Shown here piece by piece: positions 1-8,339 of a DNA stretch of 40,807 bases. The stretch's first letter is position 1; each line of letters opens with the position of its first letter. Made by a program: the position numbers and the translations under genes. This stretch comes from Eubacteriales bacterium. Its GTDB lineage: Bacteria > Bacillota > Clostridia > Oscillospirales > UBA644. The notes beneath the pieces were generated by a model, which did no database searches, was not told the origin of the DNA, and was given only the letters and a program-made list of their open reading frames with translations. The stretch spans positions 1 to 40,807 of the forward strand of contig JAZRLW010000157.1 of assembly GCA_045647025.1 (NCBI GenBank). Reading direction: 5' to 3'.

Positions 1-609
1 AAAAAGATTAACGAGCTCGGCGGTAAGGTAGTAACCCTTTCCGGTCCCGACGGATACATATACGATAAAGACGGCATCTCCACCGAAGAAAAGGTTAACT
101 TCATGCTTGAAATGCGCGACTCCTGCCGCAACAGAGTTGAAGATTACGCAGACAAGTTCGGTGTTCCCTTCTTTGCAGGCAAGAAGCCCTGGGGCGAAAA
201 GGTTGACATCATTATGCCCTGCGCTACCCAGAACGAAGTTGGTATGGGAGAAGCTAAGCAGATCGTTGAAAACGGCGTTAAGTACTATGTTGAAGTTTCC
301 AACATGCCCACCACCAACGAAGCAGTTGCTTACCTCAAGGCTAACGGCGTAGTAGTTGCTCCCTCCAAGGCAGTTAACGCAGGCGGCGTTGCAGTTTCCG
401 GTCTTGAAATGTCACAGAACTCCATGCGTTACAGCTGGACCGCTGAAGAAGTTGATGCAAAGCTTCAGCAGATCATGAAAGACATATTCAACAGTTCCGT
501 TGCAGCAGCAAAGGAATACGGTATGGAAGGCGACCTTGTTGCAGGCGCAAACATAGCAGGCTTTATCAAGGTAGCCGAAGCTATGAAGGCTCAGGGTATC
601 GCATACTAA
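1..609 (+). CDS. gdhA: NADP-specific glutamate dehydrogenase, C-terminal part (5' end lies outside the window)
   Basis: Frame 1 is open from base 1 (KKINELGGKVVTLSGPDGYIYD...) and runs into the listed 103..609 ORF. The sequence is typical of the Glu/Leu/Phe/Val dehydrogenase C-terminal domain (PCATQNE, NAGGVAVSGLEMSQN). Confidence 0.9.
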   Translation, partial: KKINELGGKVVTLSGPDGYIYDKDGISTEEKVNFMLEMRDSCRNRVEDYADKFGVPFFAGKKPWGEKVDIIMPCATQNEVGMGEAKQIVENGVKYYVEVSNMPTTNEAVAYLKANGVVVAPSKAVNAGGVAVSGLEMSQNSMRYSWTAEEVDAKLQQIMKDIFNSSVAAAKEYGMEGDLVAGANIAGFIKVAEAMKAQGIAY

Positions 610-628
610 TTTAACGAAAGTACATTTT

Positions 629-661
629 GCCCAACCTCACCCGAGGTTGGGCATTTTATTT
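629..661 (+). terminator. Rho-independent terminator after gdhA
   Basis: Stem gcccaacctc (629-638) pairs with gaggttgggc (643-652), with a 4-nt loop and a following attttatttt run. Confidence 0.75.
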
Positions 662-668
662 TAATATC

Positions 669-697
669 TTGACAGGTCTTTGTTTTATATGTATAAT
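669..697 (+). promoter_or_regulatory. Sigma-A type promoter for the 732 CDS
   Basis: TTGACA (669-674), 17-nt spacer, TATAAT (692-697). Both hexamers match consensus exactly. Confidence 0.6.
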
Positions 698-731
698 TAA
701 ATCATAGATCTCTTTAAAAGGATATAGGCGT

Positions 732-1865
732 ATGACAACCAAAAGTGCTGTAAAAAGAATAGCCAAACTGGAAGCTTATATGGACGAAGTGATAGAAGCT
801 CGAAAAGCAGGCGTTAACATACAAAAGGACAAGGAGCTACACTATAAAGTATCCATTCTCTCGAAATATATGAAAAGCGGAGCATGGCTTTCGGATTACA
901 CACGACAAGAAAAAGGGGATTTCCCCAAAGACATGAAATGCGGAATCCTTTCACAGGATACCCTTTACGATCTGCTTACGGATATAGATAAAGAAAAAAG
1001 GACTGAAAGCTCAAATTCCCGTACCATATTCACAAAAAAAAGAGCTATTATCATTTCAGTAATCCTGATTCTACTCATAGTTCTTATTGCATGGATATGG
1101 TGGGGAAATACAACCCTTGAAGTAAGCAATTACACAGTAGCAAGTGAAAGATTACCAAAGGAATTTGACGGCTTTACAATAGCTCATCTTTCCGACCTAC
1201 ATAACGAGAAGATAAAAGGCGTTATCCCCGAGCTTACTGAAGCAAAGCCTGATATTATAGTAATAACGGGAGATATTGTTGACGGCGAAGGAATGGATGT
1301 AACCTTGCGCTTTGCAAAAGATGTCACCCAAATAGCCCCTTGCTACTACGTTACTGGAAACCACGAATCATGGATATCTCAGGAAATTTACGCCGTATTG
1401 GAGGCAGGCTTGAAAGATGCGGGAATAACCGTACTGCACGATGAAAAAGTCCTTATTGAAAAGGACGGAGTATCCATTTCACTTGTTGGACTTGACGATC
1501 CCGCCTACGGCGAATACCTCGGCATAGACGGTGCAATAAATGCGGAAGACATAAAAGAATTGGCCGAAGAAAACAATTTTACGGTTCTTTTATCACACAG
1601 ACCTGAGCTTTTCGACCTTTACGTGGAAGCCGACGTTGACCTTGCATTAAGCGGCCACGCCCACGGCGGACAAGTAAGACTGCCCTTTATAGGAGGCATT
1701 ATAGCGCCAAATCAAGGGCTTTTCCCAAAATACGATGCAGGACTCTTTGTAAAGGACAGCACTCATATGATAGTAAGCCGAGGCATCGGAAACGGAACTG
1801 TTGTACCAAGAGTAAACAACCGCCCCGAAATTATCCTGATAGAACTGCAAAGTGCCAAAAGCTGA
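732..1865 (+). CDS. Membrane-anchored metallophosphoesterase with an N-terminal DUF4298-like domain
   Basis: The N-terminal ~90 aa resemble stand-alone DUF4298 proteins (SGAWLSDY..GDFPKDMKCGILSQDTLYDLL). One TM helix follows (AIIISVILILLIVLIAWIWW). Calcineurin-like phosphoesterase motifs are present: HLSDLH, TGDIVDG, GNHE, SGHAHGGQ. Confidence 0.8.
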   Translation: MTTKSAVKRIAKLEAYMDEVIEARKAGVNIQKDKELHYKVSILSKYMKSGAWLSDYTRQEKGDFPKDMKCGILSQDTLYDLLTDIDKEKRTESSNSRTIFTKKRAIIISVILILLIVLIAWIWWGNTTLEVSNYTVASERLPKEFDGFTIAHLSDLHNEKIKGVIPELTEAKPDIIVITGDIVDGEGMDVTLRFAKDVTQIAPCYYVTGNHESWISQEIYAVLEAGLKDAGITVLHDEKVLIEKDGVSISLVGLDDPAYGEYLGIDGAINAEDIKELAEENNFTVLLSHRPELFDLYVEADVDLALSGHAHGGQVRLPFIGGIIAPNQGLFPKYDAGLFVKDSTHMIVSRGIGNGTVVPRVNNRPEIILIELQSAKS

Positions 1866-1893
1866 TATTTATCCACTTTTCGCAAAGGTGAAA

Positions 1894-1932
1894 GGAATGT
1901 GTCACAAGACTGACACATTCCTCCTTTATTAT
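1894..1932 (+). terminator. Rho-independent terminator
   Basis: Stem ggaatgtgtca (1894-1904) pairs with tgacacattcc (1911-1921), followed by tcctttattatt. Confidence 0.7.
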
Positions 1933-1965
1933 TATTAAGTAATCATTATTTTGACGGAGGCAACT

Positions 1966-2685
1966 ATGCTCTTTTTTATCCCAGCCGCAAATGAAGGCGA
2001 CGTTATACGTCTTTCGGACGAAGAACAAAGACATCTTTACGCTCTCCGCCCCCGTATCGGAGATAAGCTGACCTTAAGCGACGGCGAAAATTACACTTTT
2101 GAGGCAGAGATAACCGCCGCCGATAAAAAGGGATTTTCTATAACCCTCGGTAAAGCGACTCCCATAGAAAAGGAAAACTCAAAAACCACCCTTTTTCTTG
2201 CCTTGCTTAAAGGAGAAAAGATAGAAACAGTCATTCAAAAATGTACAGAGATCGGCATTTCCAGAATAGTTCTCTTTTCCTCTGCAAACTGTGTGGTATC
2301 TGCAAAGGGCAAGGAAGACGCCAAGATTTCCCGCTACGAAAAGGTGGCAAGAATGGCCGCAATGCAATGCGGAAGCCCCCTGATTCCCAAGATAGAAGGA
2401 ATACTTACCTTTAACGAAGCTGTGGAAGAAATGAAAAACTCAAACGGCGTATTTTTCTACGAAAAAGCCGAGTATCTCCTCTCTCAATGGCTTGCAAAAA
2501 ACGAAATCTATAAATCCGAAATATCCTTTATGACAGGCCCCGAGGGTGGCTTTACCCCCGCGGAAGCCCAAAAGATACTCGACTCAAATATTCCTTCCCT
2601 CTCTCTGGGCAAGAGAATATTGAGAGCAGAAACAGCTCCCATTTGCGCGCTGTCGGTAATAAAAGCTTACCGCGGAGAAATCTGA
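1966..2685 (+). CDS. rsmE: 16S rRNA (uracil1498-N3)-methyltransferase
   Basis: Motifs GPEGGF..E and LGKRILRAETA near the C-terminus, with a PUA-like N-terminus. I prefer ATG 1966, 5 nt after GGAGG, over the listed TTG 1951. Confidence 0.85.
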   Translation: MLFFIPAANEGDVIRLSDEEQRHLYALRPRIGDKLTLSDGENYTFEAEITAADKKGFSITLGKATPIEKENSKTTLFLALLKGEKIETVIQKCTEIGISRIVLFSSANCVVSAKGKEDAKISRYEKVARMAAMQCGSPLIPKIEGILTFNEAVEEMKNSNGVFFYEKAEYLLSQWLAKNEIYKSEISFMTGPEGGFTPAEAQKILDSNIPSLSLGKRILRAETAPICALSVIKAYRGEI

Positions 2686-2698
2686 AAGGACCAAAAAG

Positions 2699-3880
2699 AT
2701 GAAAGCAAAAAAAATATTGATATTAATTCTTACTCTGGCATTTACCCTTTCCTTTGGGGTATCTTTTTCTGCTGCGGAGGTTAATAACGAGCTGGCAAAA
2801 TTAAAGCTCTATATCCGCGAGCAGATTATCCAGCCCCAAACAGCGGAAGAGAACGTAATATACGCAAAAACATCTCTCATATACGCTGAAATCGAAGCAA
2901 ACGTCCCCGAAGTTGATATGACCTCGGCAGAGAGCATAGCCGATACCCTCTGCGCTATCATTGCTCTCAATGGCCTCGTTGAGGAATTGCCTTACGATGT
3001 TGAAACCCTGACGTCTGCCCTTATTGCTATGCAGGATGAAGAAAGCGGAGCATTTGGAAACAGCATTTTAGACAGTTGCAAATCAATCATAGCTCTTATG
3101 GCGGCAGAGGCAGAATTTGACGTAGACAAAGCCATAAGATACGTAATAAAATCCCAAAACTACGATGACGGTTCTTTCCGTGAAAAGCTTGTTATTCCCG
3201 TAAGCTATGACAAGGCTGCAGAGCGTATGGAATCAGAATTGTCCATGAGAAACACCTATTGGGCAGTTGCCGCTCTTTCGGCTTATACCTCAACAAACTC
3301 CGACCTTCTTGAAAAAGACTCCCTCAAACAGCAGATAATTAACGAAGCGAAAAAATCGGTAAACAAAGCCGTTGATTACGTAAAGTCATATATTGAAACC
3401 GAAGAAACAGAATTTGCATCCCCCGTGACCGTTGCCTACGCGATTCTCATTCTTACCGATGCGGGTAAAGTGGCAGAAACCGACGAATTTGGTAATCTGA
3501 TGAGCTTTTTACTTAAGTTTGCAAACGAGGACGGCTCCTTCAGAGCCTCCGTAAGCGGCGAAGAATCCTTCGACAGAGAAGCTACAATGATGGCCTTAAG
3601 AGCTCTGGAAGCCATAAGATACAGCGCTTCCGAATACAAATCCCTTGCGGTTAACGGCGGATTTAACCAAGGCCTTGACCTTGAAGGACTTAAGCCCATG
3701 CTTACCATAGTAGGTGTAATCGCCGCCCTTTCCGTAGTTATGTGGGTGGTTATATTCTTGATCAAAAAGCCCGGAACACAGACCCTTGAAGAATTCAAAG
3801 CAAAGGTAAAAGAAAAACTCCCCCAGGCCTCGGAAGAGGAAATGGATATATCTAAGATAGAAGAAAAAGAGGAAGAATAA
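2699..3880 (+). CDS. Secreted, C-terminally membrane-anchored protein with prenyltransferase/squalene-oxidase-like (alpha/alpha toroid) repeats
   Basis: N-terminal signal peptide (ILILILTLAFTLSFGVSFSAAE). Repeated ..DGSF / ESGAFG motifs (EESGAFG, YDDGSFR, NEDGSFR). C-terminal TM helix (MLTIVGVIAALSVVMWVVIFLI) followed by an acidic tail. Confidence 0.55.
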   Translation: MKAKKILILILTLAFTLSFGVSFSAAEVNNELAKLKLYIREQIIQPQTAEENVIYAKTSLIYAEIEANVPEVDMTSAESIADTLCAIIALNGLVEELPYDVETLTSALIAMQDEESGAFGNSILDSCKSIIALMAAEAEFDVDKAIRYVIKSQNYDDGSFREKLVIPVSYDKAAERMESELSMRNTYWAVAALSAYTSTNSDLLEKDSLKQQIINEAKKSVNKAVDYVKSYIETEETEFASPVTVAYAILILTDAGKVAETDEFGNLMSFLLKFANEDGSFRASVSGEESFDREATMMALRALEAIRYSASEYKSLAVNGGFNQGLDLEGLKPMLTIVGVIAALSVVMWVVIFLIKKPGTQTLEEFKAKVKEKLPQASEEEMDISKIEEKEEE

Positions 3881-4527
3881 TGCTCTACACTAACTATATT
3901 TGGGATTTTGACGGAACCATAAGCGATACTTACCCCTACCATTCTGAAGCTTTGGTAAAAGCTCTGCAAACCTATCCCAACGCCCCCGCACATAATGCAG
4001 AAGAAATATATGCAAGAATGAAAAAAACCATAGGCGACGGCATTGACCCCTATAGAGAAAGTTGCCCCGGAATAAAGCAGAAATACAGAGAGTTTTATGC
4101 TCAAATAAGGGAAACAAAGGTTATCCCTCCCTGCAAAGGCGTGGTTGAATTTATCAAAGCTGTTGCTGAAAACGGCGGTAGAAACTATCTTTATACCCAC
4201 TCTGCAAACTACACCAAAGATATGCTTGCAGACTACGGAATACTTGAGTATTTCTCCGACTTTGTCACCAGCGAATGCCCCGCTGACAGAAAATTCCCCC
4301 TCAAGCCCAAGCCTGATGCAGTTCTCTATCTTCTTGAGAAAAACGGCCTTGACCCTAACGACACCATAATGGTTGGTGACCGAGAAATAGACGTTCTTGC
4401 CGGCATGAACGGCGGCACCAAGGCTTGTATGTTTGACGAAGGTGGATTCTATAAGAATTCTACCGCAACCCACTACGTTACCAACATGAAAGATTTCGCT
4501 GATATTTGCGGAATAAAAATTGACTGA
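3880..4527 (+). CDS. HAD-superfamily hydrolase (phosphatase-like)
   Basis: DxDGT nucleophile motif (IWDFDGTISDT) and a distal GDREIDVLAG motif. The ATG overlaps the upstream TAA by 1 nt. Confidence 0.85.
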   Translation: MLYTNYIWDFDGTISDTYPYHSEALVKALQTYPNAPAHNAEEIYARMKKTIGDGIDPYRESCPGIKQKYREFYAQIRETKVIPPCKGVVEFIKAVAENGGRNYLYTHSANYTKDMLADYGILEYFSDFVTSECPADRKFPLKPKPDAVLYLLEKNGLDPNDTIMVGDREIDVLAGMNGGTKACMFDEGGFYKNSTATHYVTNMKDFADICGIKID

Positions 4528-4536
4528 TAATCTCTT

Positions 4537-4566
4537 CGGGGGCTTGACAAAGCCCCCGATTTTATT
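4537..4566 (+). terminator. Rho-independent terminator after the HAD gene
   Basis: Stem cgggggctt (4537-4545) pairs with aagcccccg (4550-4558), followed by attttatt. Confidence 0.8.
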
Positions 4567-4573
4567 GTATAAT
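4544..4573 (+). promoter_or_regulatory. Candidate lepA promoter embedded in the preceding terminator
   Basis: TTGACA (4544-4549, spanning the hairpin loop), 18-nt spacer, TATAAT (4568-4573) immediately preceded by TG. Confidence 0.5.
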
Positions 4574-4629
4574 TAATTAGTTATATAACAGTATTGTTTT
4601 CACACAATTAACGGAGGAATCATCGTTAA

Positions 4630-6426
4630 ATGGAAAATATCCGTAATTTCTGCATAATTGCCCATATAGACCACGGCAAGTCCACCTTGGCAGACAGAAT
4701 ATTGGAGCTGACTGAAACCGTTGCAAAACGCGACATGGAAGAACAGCTTCTTGACAATATGGACATTGAACGTGAAAGAGGCATAACCATAAAGGCAAGA
4801 GCCGTAAAGCTCAATTATAAGGCTGACGATGGCAAGGACTACGTGTTCAATCTTATAGACACCCCCGGCCACGTTGACTTTACCTACGAGGTATCCCGTT
4901 CTCTCGTTGCTTGCGAAGGCGCCATACTTATCGTAGACGCATCCCAGGGTATAGAAGCACAGACCCTTGCAAACACCTATCTTGCGGTTGATAATAATCT
5001 GGAGATAGTTCCCGTAGTAAACAAGATAGACCTTCCCAACGCAGACCCTGAAAAGGCCATTAAGGAAATAGAGGACGTTATAGGTATTCCGGCAGAGGAT
5101 GCTCCCCTTATTTCCGCAAAAATGGGCACCAACATTAAGCAGGTATTGGAGCAGGTGGTACAGATGATTCCCCCTCCAAAGGGCGATCCCGAAGCTCCTC
5201 TGAAAGGTCTTATTTTTGACTCTGTTTACGACAGCTACAGAGGCGTTATCGTTTACGTAAGAATCATTGACGGTAAAATAAAGGCCGGCGACAGAATGAA
5301 GCTTATGTCAACAGGTGCGGTATTTGACGTTGTTGAGGTTGGATATCTGCAGCCCGTAGGCTACCGTGCCTGTGATGAGCTTACCGCGGGCGAGGTTGGA
5401 TACATCACTGCCAGCATAAAGACCGTAAGCGATACCCGCGTAGGAGATACGGTCACCTTGGAAAACCGTCCTGCCGCAGAAGCCCTTCCCGGATATAAGC
5501 AGGTTCAGCCCATGGTATACTCGGGCATATATCCCGCTGACGGCGCAAAATACGAAGACTTACGAGAAGCCCTTGAAAAGCTTCAACTTAACGATGCTTC
5601 TCTGGTATTCGAGCCCGAAGCGTCCACAGCCCTCGGGTTTGGCTTCAGATGCGGATTTTTGGGTCTTCTCCATATGGAGATAATTCAGGAACGTATTGAG
5701 AGAGAATACAACCTCGATATAATCACCACAGCTCCCGGCGTTATATACAGAATTACGAAAACCGACGGCAGTGTTAACTATATAGATAACCCCGCATCAT
5801 TCCCCTCCCCCTCTGAAATCCAGATGGCAGAGGAGCCCATTGTAAAGGCAGACATAATCCTCCCCTCCTCTTATACGGGAACAGTTATGGACCTTTGCCA
5901 GGAAAGACGCGGTACCTTCATCAATATGACCTATATAGACGACACCCGTGTAAATCTCCATTACGAGCTGCCTCTTAACGAGATAATATACGACTTTTTC
6001 GATGCGCTTAAGTCCCGCACCAGAGGATACGCGTCCTTTGACTATGAGTTTAAAGAGTACCGCAAGGGCGAGCTTGTTAAAATGGATATTCTTCTCAACG
6101 GCGACGTGGTCGACGCTCTGTCATTTATAGTTAATGCAGAACACGCCTACTCCCGCGGAAGAAAGATAACCGAAAAGCTTAAGGAAAATATTCCCCGTCA
6201 GCTTTTTGAAATCCCCGTTCAGGCTGCCATCGGCGGCAAGGTAATTGCCCGCGAAACCGTAAAAGCAATGAGAAAAGACGTTCTTGCAAAATGTTACGGC
6301 GGTGACATAACCAGAAAGAAGAAACTGCTTGAAAAGCAGAAGGAAGGTAAAAAGCGTATGCGCAAGCTGGGATCGGTAGAAGTACCTCCCGAAGCCTTTA
6401 TGGCAGTCCTCAAGCTTGACGACTGA
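4630..6426 (+). CDS. lepA: Elongation factor 4 (translational GTPase LepA)
   Basis: GTPase motifs [17 protein letters not shown] and NKID. The LepA-specific C-terminus is present (..[21 protein letters not shown]). Confidence 0.97.
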   Translation: MENIRNFCIIAHIDHGKSTLADRILELTETVAKRDMEEQLLDNMDIERERGITIKARAVKLNYKADDGKDYVFNLIDTPGHVDFTYEVSRSLVACEGAILIVDASQGIEAQTLANTYLAVDNNLEIVPVVNKIDLPNADPEKAIKEIEDVIGIPAEDAPLISAKMGTNIKQVLEQVVQMIPPPKGDPEAPLKGLIFDSVYDSYRGVIVYVRIIDGKIKAGDRMKLMSTGAVFDVVEVGYLQPVGYRACDELTAGEVGYITASIKTVSDTRVGDTVTLENRPAAEALPGYKQVQPMVYSGIYPADGAKYEDLREALEKLQLNDASLVFEPEASTALGFGFRCGFLGLLHMEIIQERIEREYNLDIITTAPGVIYRITKTDGSVNYIDNPASFPSPSEIQMAEEPIVKADIILPSSYTGTVMDLCQERRGTFINMTYIDDTRVNLHYELPLNEIIYDFFDALKSRTRGYASFDYEFKEYRKGELVKMDILLNGDVVDALSFIVNAEHAYSRGRKITEKLKENIPRQLFEIPVQAAIGGKVIARETVKAMRKDVLAKCYGGDITRKKKLLEKQKEGKKRMRKLGSVEVPPEAFMAVLKLDD

Positions 6427-6445
6427 TGCTATTGCTCACATTTCA

Positions 6446-7540
6446 ATGAATCCAAAAGGTATCTATCTGCACATTCCTTTCTGTGCGAAAAAATGCGCAT
6501 ACTGCGATTTCTATTCCCGTGGAGCATCCCCTGCCCTTGTGGAAGAATACGTCCTTGCGCTCACAGAGCAGATAGGCCTTTCAAAAACAGATACAAACCC
6601 CGTCGGAAGTATCTATTTCGGCGGGGGTACTCCGTCCATGCTTACTGAAAAACAGCTTGGACGGATTTTTTCGGCCCTTGAAAAGTATAATTTAACCCCC
6701 GATGCAGAGATAACCATAGAATGTAACCCCGAGGATTTCACTCAAGATTTCGCAAGGAGTGTAAAGGCTATAGGCTTTAACCGTATCAGTTTAGGGGTAC
6801 AGAGCTTTGATAAAAACGAGCTGATTTCCATAGGCAGAGCCCATACCACCGAAATGGCAGAAAATGCTGTGGTTATCGCAAAAAACCACTTTGATAACGT
6901 ATCGGTAGACCTTATGTTGGGTACTCCTGCACAGACGGAAGGTAGTTTGGAGCTATCCCTATCAAGGTGTAAGACTTTACAGCCAAATCATATATCGGCA
7001 TATCTTATGAAGGTGTACGAAAATACGGTTTTCGGCAAAAAGGGTGTAAACGAGGCCGAGGAGGAGCTTTCCGAAAGGCTTTATCTGAAAACATCAGACT
7101 TTTTGAAGGAAATTGGGTACGAGCATTACGAAATATCCTCGTTTTCTCTTGACGGCAAGCACTCCCGCCACAATATGCTCTACTGGACGGGCGGCGAATA
7201 TATAGCTTTCGGTGCAGGTGCCTGCGGATACGAAAATGGTATACGGTACAGATACCCCGGCAACGTCGAAGAGTTTGCTAAAAAGTATGGGCAGATAGGA
7301 AGGATAATCGAAGAAGAGGAAACATCATCTTCACTAAAGGAAGAAAATCTTATTTTCGGACTCCGAACATCAAAAGGAATCCTCATTGACGGCCTTACTG
7401 AAGAGAGCATTGAATACGCAAATATGCTCTGTAAAAATGGATTTGCGGAAACCTCAAACAGCATATTCCGCCTGACGCCAAAGGGTTGGCTTATATCCAA
7501 CGAGATAATCACGGAGTTGCTTATTAGAGAAGGAGAATAA
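6446..7540 (+). CDS. hemW: Radical SAM heme chaperone / oxygen-independent coproporphyrinogen oxidase-like protein
   Basis: CxxxCxxC cluster motif (HIPFCAKKCAYCDF) and GGGTPS. It follows lepA, a conserved Firmicute gene order. I prefer ATG 6446 (MNPKGIYLHIPFC) to the listed TTG 6416. Confidence 0.9.
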   Translation: MNPKGIYLHIPFCAKKCAYCDFYSRGASPALVEEYVLALTEQIGLSKTDTNPVGSIYFGGGTPSMLTEKQLGRIFSALEKYNLTPDAEITIECNPEDFTQDFARSVKAIGFNRISLGVQSFDKNELISIGRAHTTEMAENAVVIAKNHFDNVSVDLMLGTPAQTEGSLELSLSRCKTLQPNHISAYLMKVYENTVFGKKGVNEAEEELSERLYLKTSDFLKEIGYEHYEISSFSLDGKHSRHNMLYWTGGEYIAFGAGACGYENGIRYRYPGNVEEFAKKYGQIGRIIEEEETSSSLKEENLIFGLRTSKGILIDGLTEESIEYANMLCKNGFAETSNSIFRLTPKGWLISNEIITELLIREGE

Positions 7541-7583
7541 TTAAACAAAACGCAGAACAATAACCTTGAATTTCCTGGAGAAA

Positions 7584-8201
7584 ATGTTTATGTTGATAAT
7601 TGCATTCATAATAAACTTAATAATTGTACTCTGCGAATTTCTCACCCTTGGACATATTAGGAGCAAACGGAATATTCTGAAATACTATACTTATTTACAA
7701 AATTTTATAGGCTTAATTGTAAGCCTCATTTTCTGCATTTGCTTGATTGTATGTATAGTATCTGACAGAGCAATACCAGAATTTGTAAAGGGATTGCGAT
7801 ATGTAGCTACCTGCGGATTGCTGGCCACAATGTTTATATTTATTGTATTCCTTGGAGCAGGAAAGAAAATTGCAATCACAGAAGACGATTTCTTGTTTGG
7901 ATTTAGTGCAAAAACGGGAAATATTATTTTGCATTATATTTGTCCAATATTATCTTTGGTAAGCTTTGTGCTTTTTGAAAGGGAAATTAATTTATCCAAC
8001 GGTATCTGGACGGGAATTGTGGCAATTCCTTCGTGCATATATTGGACAACCTATATTCTGCTTTCTGTAACTAAACTATGGAAAGAACCTTATAATTTTA
8101 CATCCCAGAAAGCGAAAAACAATATACGCGAGAAGCTGTCTGTTTTGACAATCCCATTGTCATTCATAGCAATCTCTGTTATTTTATGGAATGTCAAGTA
8201 A
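7584..8201 (+). CDS. Polytopic membrane protein (about 6 TM helices), family not recognised
   Basis: Six hydrophobic segments are visible. The start is ambiguous between TTG 7566, ATG 7584 and ATG 7590; ATG 7590 has the best spacing from GGAG at 7577-7580. Confidence 0.65.
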   Translation: MFMLIIAFIINLIIVLCEFLTLGHIRSKRNILKYYTYLQNFIGLIVSLIFCICLIVCIVSDRAIPEFVKGLRYVATCGLLATMFIFIVFLGAGKKIAITEDDFLFGFSAKTGNIILHYICPILSLVSFVLFEREINLSNGIWTGIVAIPSCIYWTTYILLSVTKLWKEPYNFTSQKAKNNIREKLSVLTIPLSFIAISVILWNVK

Positions 8202-8226
8202 ATTCCAATTTCTCAAATAGCACAAA

Positions 8227-8265
8227 CTACCCCGACAGACATCAAAGTCTATTGGGGTAGTTTTC
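8227..8265 (+). terminator. Rho-independent terminator
   Basis: Stem ctacccc (8227-8233) pairs with ggggtag (8254-8260), with inner agac/gtct pairing, followed by ttttc. Confidence 0.6.
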
Positions 8266-8339
8266 TATATTTTCCCAGTGTCATCATTTTTTTCTTACGC
8301 ATAATATAAGAAATAAACGATAAAAAGGGGAAATAGGAT

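Noticed and set aside
3436-4473. 345-aa ORF on the minus strand
   Set aside because: It is antisense to two well-supported plus-strand genes: the toroid-repeat protein and the HAD hydrolase with its DxDGT motif. The translation is low-complexity with no recognisable motif and no RBS. It is a typical shadow ORF.
8202-8339. Possible glmS ribozyme upstream of glmS, as found in many Firmicutes
   Set aside because: After the upstream terminator only about 75 nt remain before the start codon, which is too short for the ~170-nt ribozyme. I see none of the conserved core sequence. A covariance-model scan would settle it.
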